Assembly: GCA_003426165.1 (NCBI GenBank)
Contig: QUAH01000008.1
Coordinates: 23,681-87,680, forward strand
Direction: 5' to 3'
DNA: 64,000 bases
Source: Candidatus Saccharicenans subterraneus
Lineage (GTDB): Bacteria > Acidobacteriota > Aminicenantia > Aminicenantales > Saccharicenantaceae
Shown here: in pieces, positions 60,613 through 64,000 of the stretch
How positions within the stretch are numbered: position 1 is the first letter of the stretch
Layout of the letters: each line of letters begins with the position of its first letter
Translations under genes and position numbers: made by a program
Notes under the pieces: generated by a model
What the model saw: only the letters and a program-made list of their open reading frames with translations
What the model was told of the DNA's origin: nothing
Database searches by the model: none

Positions 60613-61791
60613 ATGAAATTCGTGGAAGAAATCGAAGTCAAAGGCAAGACCGTCTTCCTGCGGGTGGACTTTAACGTTCCCCTGGATGAGAACCTGAACA
60701 TCCGGGACGACACCAGGATCCAGGCCTCGCTGCCAACCATAAAGTACCTGCTGCAGAAGGGAGCCAGGCTGGTGGTGGCCTCTCACCTGGGCCGGCCCAA
60801 GGGCCAGTTTAACCCCAAGATGAGCCTGAAACCGGTGGCCGGGCGTCTCGGCCAGCTCCTCCCTGGAACGAATATCATCATGGCTCCAGACGTCATCGGT
60901 CCCGAGGTAGATAGCCTCAAGGCCGGGCTGAAAGAGGGCGAACTGCTGCTCCTGGAAAACGTCCGCTTTTACAAGCAGGAAACCGATAACGACCCGGAGT
61001 TCTCCCGGAAACTGGCTGAAGGCTGCCAGGTTTTTGTCAACGACGCTTTCGGCTCCTGCCACCGGGCCCATGCCTCGGTGGTGGGTATAGCTTCCTATAT
61101 TCCAGAGAAAGCAGCCGGCTACCTGCTGAAAAAGGAAGTGGATTACCTGAAAAAAATCACCGATAACCCTCAGAAACCCTTTGTGGCCATCCTGGGCGGG
61201 GCTAAAATTGAGGACAAGATACCAGTCCTGGAAAGCCTGGTGACCAAGGCTGATGCCCTGCTCATCGGCGGAGCCATGGCCTATACTTTTCTTAAAGCCC
61301 GTGGGCTGGCGGTCGGAAAATCCCTGGTGGAAGAAGATAAGCTGGAGATTGCCAGCCAGATCATGAAAAAGGCCGAAGATAACAGGGTTAAGCTGCTTCT
61401 CCCGCTGGACCACGTTTTGGCCATTTCCATCGAAAGCCGGGAAGCGGCCGCCGTGGCTGACAGCTATCCCCTGCCGGAAGACCTGATGGGAGTGGACATC
61501 GGACCCAGGACAGTGGCCGAATACAAGAAGCTTATTCAATCAGCCAGGACCATTTTCTGGAACGGCCCGCTGGGCGTGTTCGAGGTGGAAGCCTTCGCCC
61601 GGGGAACCATGGAAATCGCCGCGGCCGTGGCCGGGTCCGAAGCCCTGTCGGTGGTCGGTGGTGGTGATTCTATAGCCGCCATCCAGAAGGCCGGACTGGC
61701 CGGGAAAATAAGCCACATCTCCACCGGCGGCGGGGCCTCGCTGGAGTTCGTAGCCTACGGAACCCTGCCCGGAATTGAGGCCCTGGAATAA
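60613..61791 (+). CDS. pgk: Phosphoglycerate kinase
   Basis: RVDFNVP, SHLGRP, LLENVRF, WNGPLG, STGGGASLE. Confidence 0.98.
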   Translation: MKFVEEIEVKGKTVFLRVDFNVPLDENLNIRDDTRIQASLPTIKYLLQKGARLVVASHLGRPKGQFNPKMSLKPVAGRLGQLLPGTNIIMAPDVIGPEVDSLKAGLKEGELLLLENVRFYKQETDNDPEFSRKLAEGCQVFVNDAFGSCHRAHASVVGIASYIPEKAAGYLLKKEVDYLKKITDNPQKPFVAILGGAKIEDKIPVLESLVTKADALLIGGAMAYTFLKARGLAVGKSLVEEDKLEIASQIMKKAEDNRVKLLLPLDHVLAISIESREAAAVADSYPLPEDLMGVDIGPRTVAEYKKLIQSARTIFWNGPLGVFEVEAFARGTMEIAAAVAGSEALSVVGGGDSIAAIQKAGLAGKISHISTGGGASLEFVAYGTLPGIEALE

Positions 61792-61830
61792 GAAACGGCT
61801 GCGGTCAGGAATAACCTTTTATCAGCGGAG

Positions 61831-61859
61831 AAGCTTCTTTTTTACCGTGAAAGAAGCTT
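61831..61859. terminator. Perfect 10-bp inverted repeat between pgk and tpiA (terminator or operator)
   Basis: AAGCTTCTTT-9 nt-AAAGAAGCTT. Confidence 0.45.
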
Positions 61860-61921
61860 TTAATAAATTATATCTGATGGTCAATGGCTTCATTAAAATC
61901 AAGAATTGAGAGGGAATTAAC

Positions 61922-62704
61922 ATGGCGGCCTTAAGAAAACCGGTCATTGCCGGGAACTGGAAAATGCACAAGACCATCGCCGAGGCCAGGGAACTGGCCG
62001 AAGCCGTGGTCAGAGGTCTTGATAATTCTTTCGGCGCGGCCACCCTAATTCTTATTCCTCCCTTCACGGCCATCCATGAAGTCAAAAGAACGGTATCCGG
62101 GACAGAAATCGCCGTCGGCGCCCAGGACGTCTTCTGGGAGGACAAGGGCGCCTTCACCGGGGAAATCTCACCCGTGCAACTCAAGGAAGCCGGCTGCGAT
62201 TTTGTGGTCATCGGCCACTCCGAAAGAAGGCAGTACTTTGGGGAAACCGACGAGACCGTGCGGAAAAAGACCCTGGCCGCTCTAAAGCATGAGCTGATTC
62301 CCATCGTCTGCATCGGCGAGACCCTGGAAGAAAGAGAAAGTGGCGGGACCCTGGACCGAATCCGGACCCAGCTTGAACAGAGCCTTTTTACCCTGGACGG
62401 CCCAGCCTTTAGCCGGGTGGTCCTGGCCTATGAGCCCATCTGGGCCATAGGCACCGGACGCAACGCCACCCCGGAACAGGCAGAGGAGGTCCAGGCCTTT
62501 ATCAGGAACCTGGTGGCTTCCAGGTATGGCAAAAGCGTGGCTGATTATGCTATAATTCTATACGGCGGTTCAGTGAAACCGAGCAACGCCCTGTCCTTAG
62601 CCAGGGAAAAGGACGTTGATGGATTTTTAGTTGGCGGAGCTTCTCTCGAAGCTGAGTCGTTCCTGGCCATAGCCAGAGAGGCTCTCCGCGCAGTGAGGGA
62701 TTAA
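61922..62704 (+). CDS. tpiA: Triosephosphate isomerase
   Basis: [35 protein letters not shown]. Confidence 0.98.
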   Translation: MAALRKPVIAGNWKMHKTIAEARELAEAVVRGLDNSFGAATLILIPPFTAIHEVKRTVSGTEIAVGAQDVFWEDKGAFTGEISPVQLKEAGCDFVVIGHSERRQYFGETDETVRKKTLAALKHELIPIVCIGETLEERESGGTLDRIRTQLEQSLFTLDGPAFSRVVLAYEPIWAIGTGRNATPEQAEEVQAFIRNLVASRYGKSVADYAIILYGGSVKPSNALSLAREKDVDGFLVGGASLEAESFLAIAREALRAVRD

Positions 62705-62705
62705 A

Positions 62706-63080
62706 GTGACAGCTTTACTGGTTACGGTTCATGTTATCATCTGCATCGTGTTGATTCTGGCCGTTCTGCTGCAATCCGGCAAGGCGGCTGACCTGGCCGG
62801 GGCTTTCGGCGGGGCCGGCAGCCAGACAGCCTTTGGCCCCAGGGGGGCCCAGACCCTGCTTGGCAAGGTGACCACCGTCTGCGCCATTCTGTTCATGGTG
62901 ACCTCGCTCGGACTCTGGTTGATATCAGGGAAAACCTCCTCGGTGGTCAGGAATGTCCCCGCCAAGGAAACACCGGCGGCCACCCAGGCTCAGCCTGCAA
63001 CCCAGGAACAGAAATCCCAGACTCCACCGGCCAGCACTGAAAAGACCGAGCAGAAGTCTGAAGATACTGGCAAGAAATAA
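62706..63080 (+). CDS. secG: Preprotein translocase subunit SecG
   Basis: [15 protein letters not shown], two TM helices; tpiA-secG-tRNA-Leu synteny. Confidence 0.93.
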   Translation: MTALLVTVHVIICIVLILAVLLQSGKAADLAGAFGGAGSQTAFGPRGAQTLLGKVTTVCAILFMVTSLGLWLISGKTSSVVRNVPAKETPAATQAQPATQEQKSQTPPASTEKTEQKSEDTGKK

Positions 63081-63093
63081 AAAATGTGGGAAT

Positions 63094-63181
63094 GCCGAAG
63101 TGGTGGAATTGGCAGACACGCTAGCTTGAGGGGCTAGTTCCCGCAAAAATGGGAGTAGGGGTTCGAGTCCCCTCTTCGGCA
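63094..63181 (+). tRNA. tRNA-Leu (GAG), long variable arm, CCA not encoded
   Basis: Acceptor GCCGAAG/CTTCGGC, anticodon stem CTAGC/GCTAG with loop TTGAGGG, GGTTCGAGTCC. Confidence 0.96.
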
Positions 63182-63242
63182 TTCTTCTTACCGGTTGAAA
63201 TATTTGACAGAAAGAACACTCAACAAGAACGGAGGGAAATTA

Positions 63243-64000
63243 ATGAAGCCGGTATCCAGGCGTTTTTTTGTTTTTATATTGACCGCGGTCCTGGCCACAA
63301 TCTTAATAAATTTTGATGTTCAGGCCGGGGTTCAGGCCGGTTCAGACCACTCTTACTCGGTGGCGGTCAGGGTGCTTCAGAAAAACAATTTTGTCCGCAA
63401 CCTCGGGCCGCAGGACTTTGAAGTCCTGGAAGACGGCCAGGTCCGAAAAATCGAAGCAATTTACCTGGTGGAAAACAACAAACTGACCCGGGTTCTGGAA
63501 GAAAAGCCCAAGGCCGTCAGCCTGAACAAGAATTACTTCATCATCGTCCAGGCCAGCGAATACGACAAGAGACTGGGCGATGCGGTCAGCCTTCTGGTCA
63601 ACAACTATTTTCAACCGGGTGATACCCTGACCCTGATTACCCCCCTCAAAATCTATCGCTTCAACCCTGAAACCCTGAGGGGCAAGCCCAGGTCCCAGGT
63701 CAGCCGGGAAATCCAGAACCTGATGAGAGCGGACATCATCCAGGGCAGCCGCGAATACAACACGGTCCTCCGGGATTTGAAAAAGATTACCCGCACCCTG
63801 GCCACCTTCGGAGGCGAATCTGTCGGGGCCGACCCGGACGTGGAGAACGAGTCAGATTCAACCACTTCCAACTTCGGGATAGAATACATGCTCACCCGCT
63901 ACCAGGATACCCTGATCAAGCTGGACGGGCTCAGGCTGGTCGACCAGGACAAGTTCCTGTCCTTTGCCCGGTCGCTGAAAAAAACCCCGGGACAGAAAAC
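63243..64000 (+). CDS. Exported acidobacterial VWA-related protein, truncated by window edge
   Basis: Manual translation MKPVSRRFFVFIL...FVRNLGPQDFEVLEDGQVRKI matches the L..xDFxVxEDG N-terminal motif of acidobacterial VWFA proteins; GGAGGG RBS; frame appears open to the end. Confidence 0.65.
   Translation, partial: MKPVSRRFFVFILTAVLATILINFDVQAGVQAGSDHSYSVAVRVLQKNNFVRNLGPQDFEVLEDGQVRKIEAIYLVENNKLTRVLEEKPKAVSLNKNYFIIVQASEYDKRLGDAVSLLVNNYFQPGDTLTLITPLKIYRFNPETLRGKPRSQVSREIQNLMRADIIQGSREYNTVLRDLKKITRTLATFGGESVGADPDVENESDSTTSNFGIEYMLTRYQDTLIKLDGLRLVDQDKFLSFARSLKKTPGQK

Noticed and set aside
62925-63182. 85-aa minus-strand ORF
   Set aside because: Antisense to tRNA-Leu and secG

Overview
64 kb of mostly core chromosome from a GC-rich, anaerobic diderm bacterium. 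Acidobacterial-type TonB and VWA proteins, hyp genes, rubredoxin and secreted hydrolases suggest Acidobacteriota/Ca. Aminicenantes (inference only). Contents in order: alr (partial)-purA; an outer-membrane barrel; rubredoxin with its reductase; recD2; a SAM hydroxide adenosyltransferase; lepB; ychF-like-tgt-yajC-secD-secF-tonB-exbB-exbD; a translationally coupled ParB-CTPase-fold + spore-photoproduct-lyase-like radical SAM pair; uppS-cdsA-dxr-rseP-ispG-larE; hypCDE; a PAPS operon (RHH-sat-AlkP-cysC-epimerase); an AT-rich two-gene island; phoH-pgpH-ybeY-CNNM-era; tRNA-His; a block of secreted scavenging enzymes; purine salvage; tsaE-nnr; gap-pgk-tpiA-secG-tRNA-Leu; and a partial VWA gene. No rRNA, CRISPR array, integrase or transposase was seen. 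Best candidates for undescribed biology: (1) the ParB-like/SPL-like radical SAM module; (2) the PAPS operon, whose tiny RHH regulator carries the RLxALGY tail normally found at the end of AlkP/sulfatase enzymes while the AlkP enzyme lacks it; (3) a ComEA-like helix-hairpin-helix domain inserted in SecF. All calls come from motif reading by eye, with no database searches.
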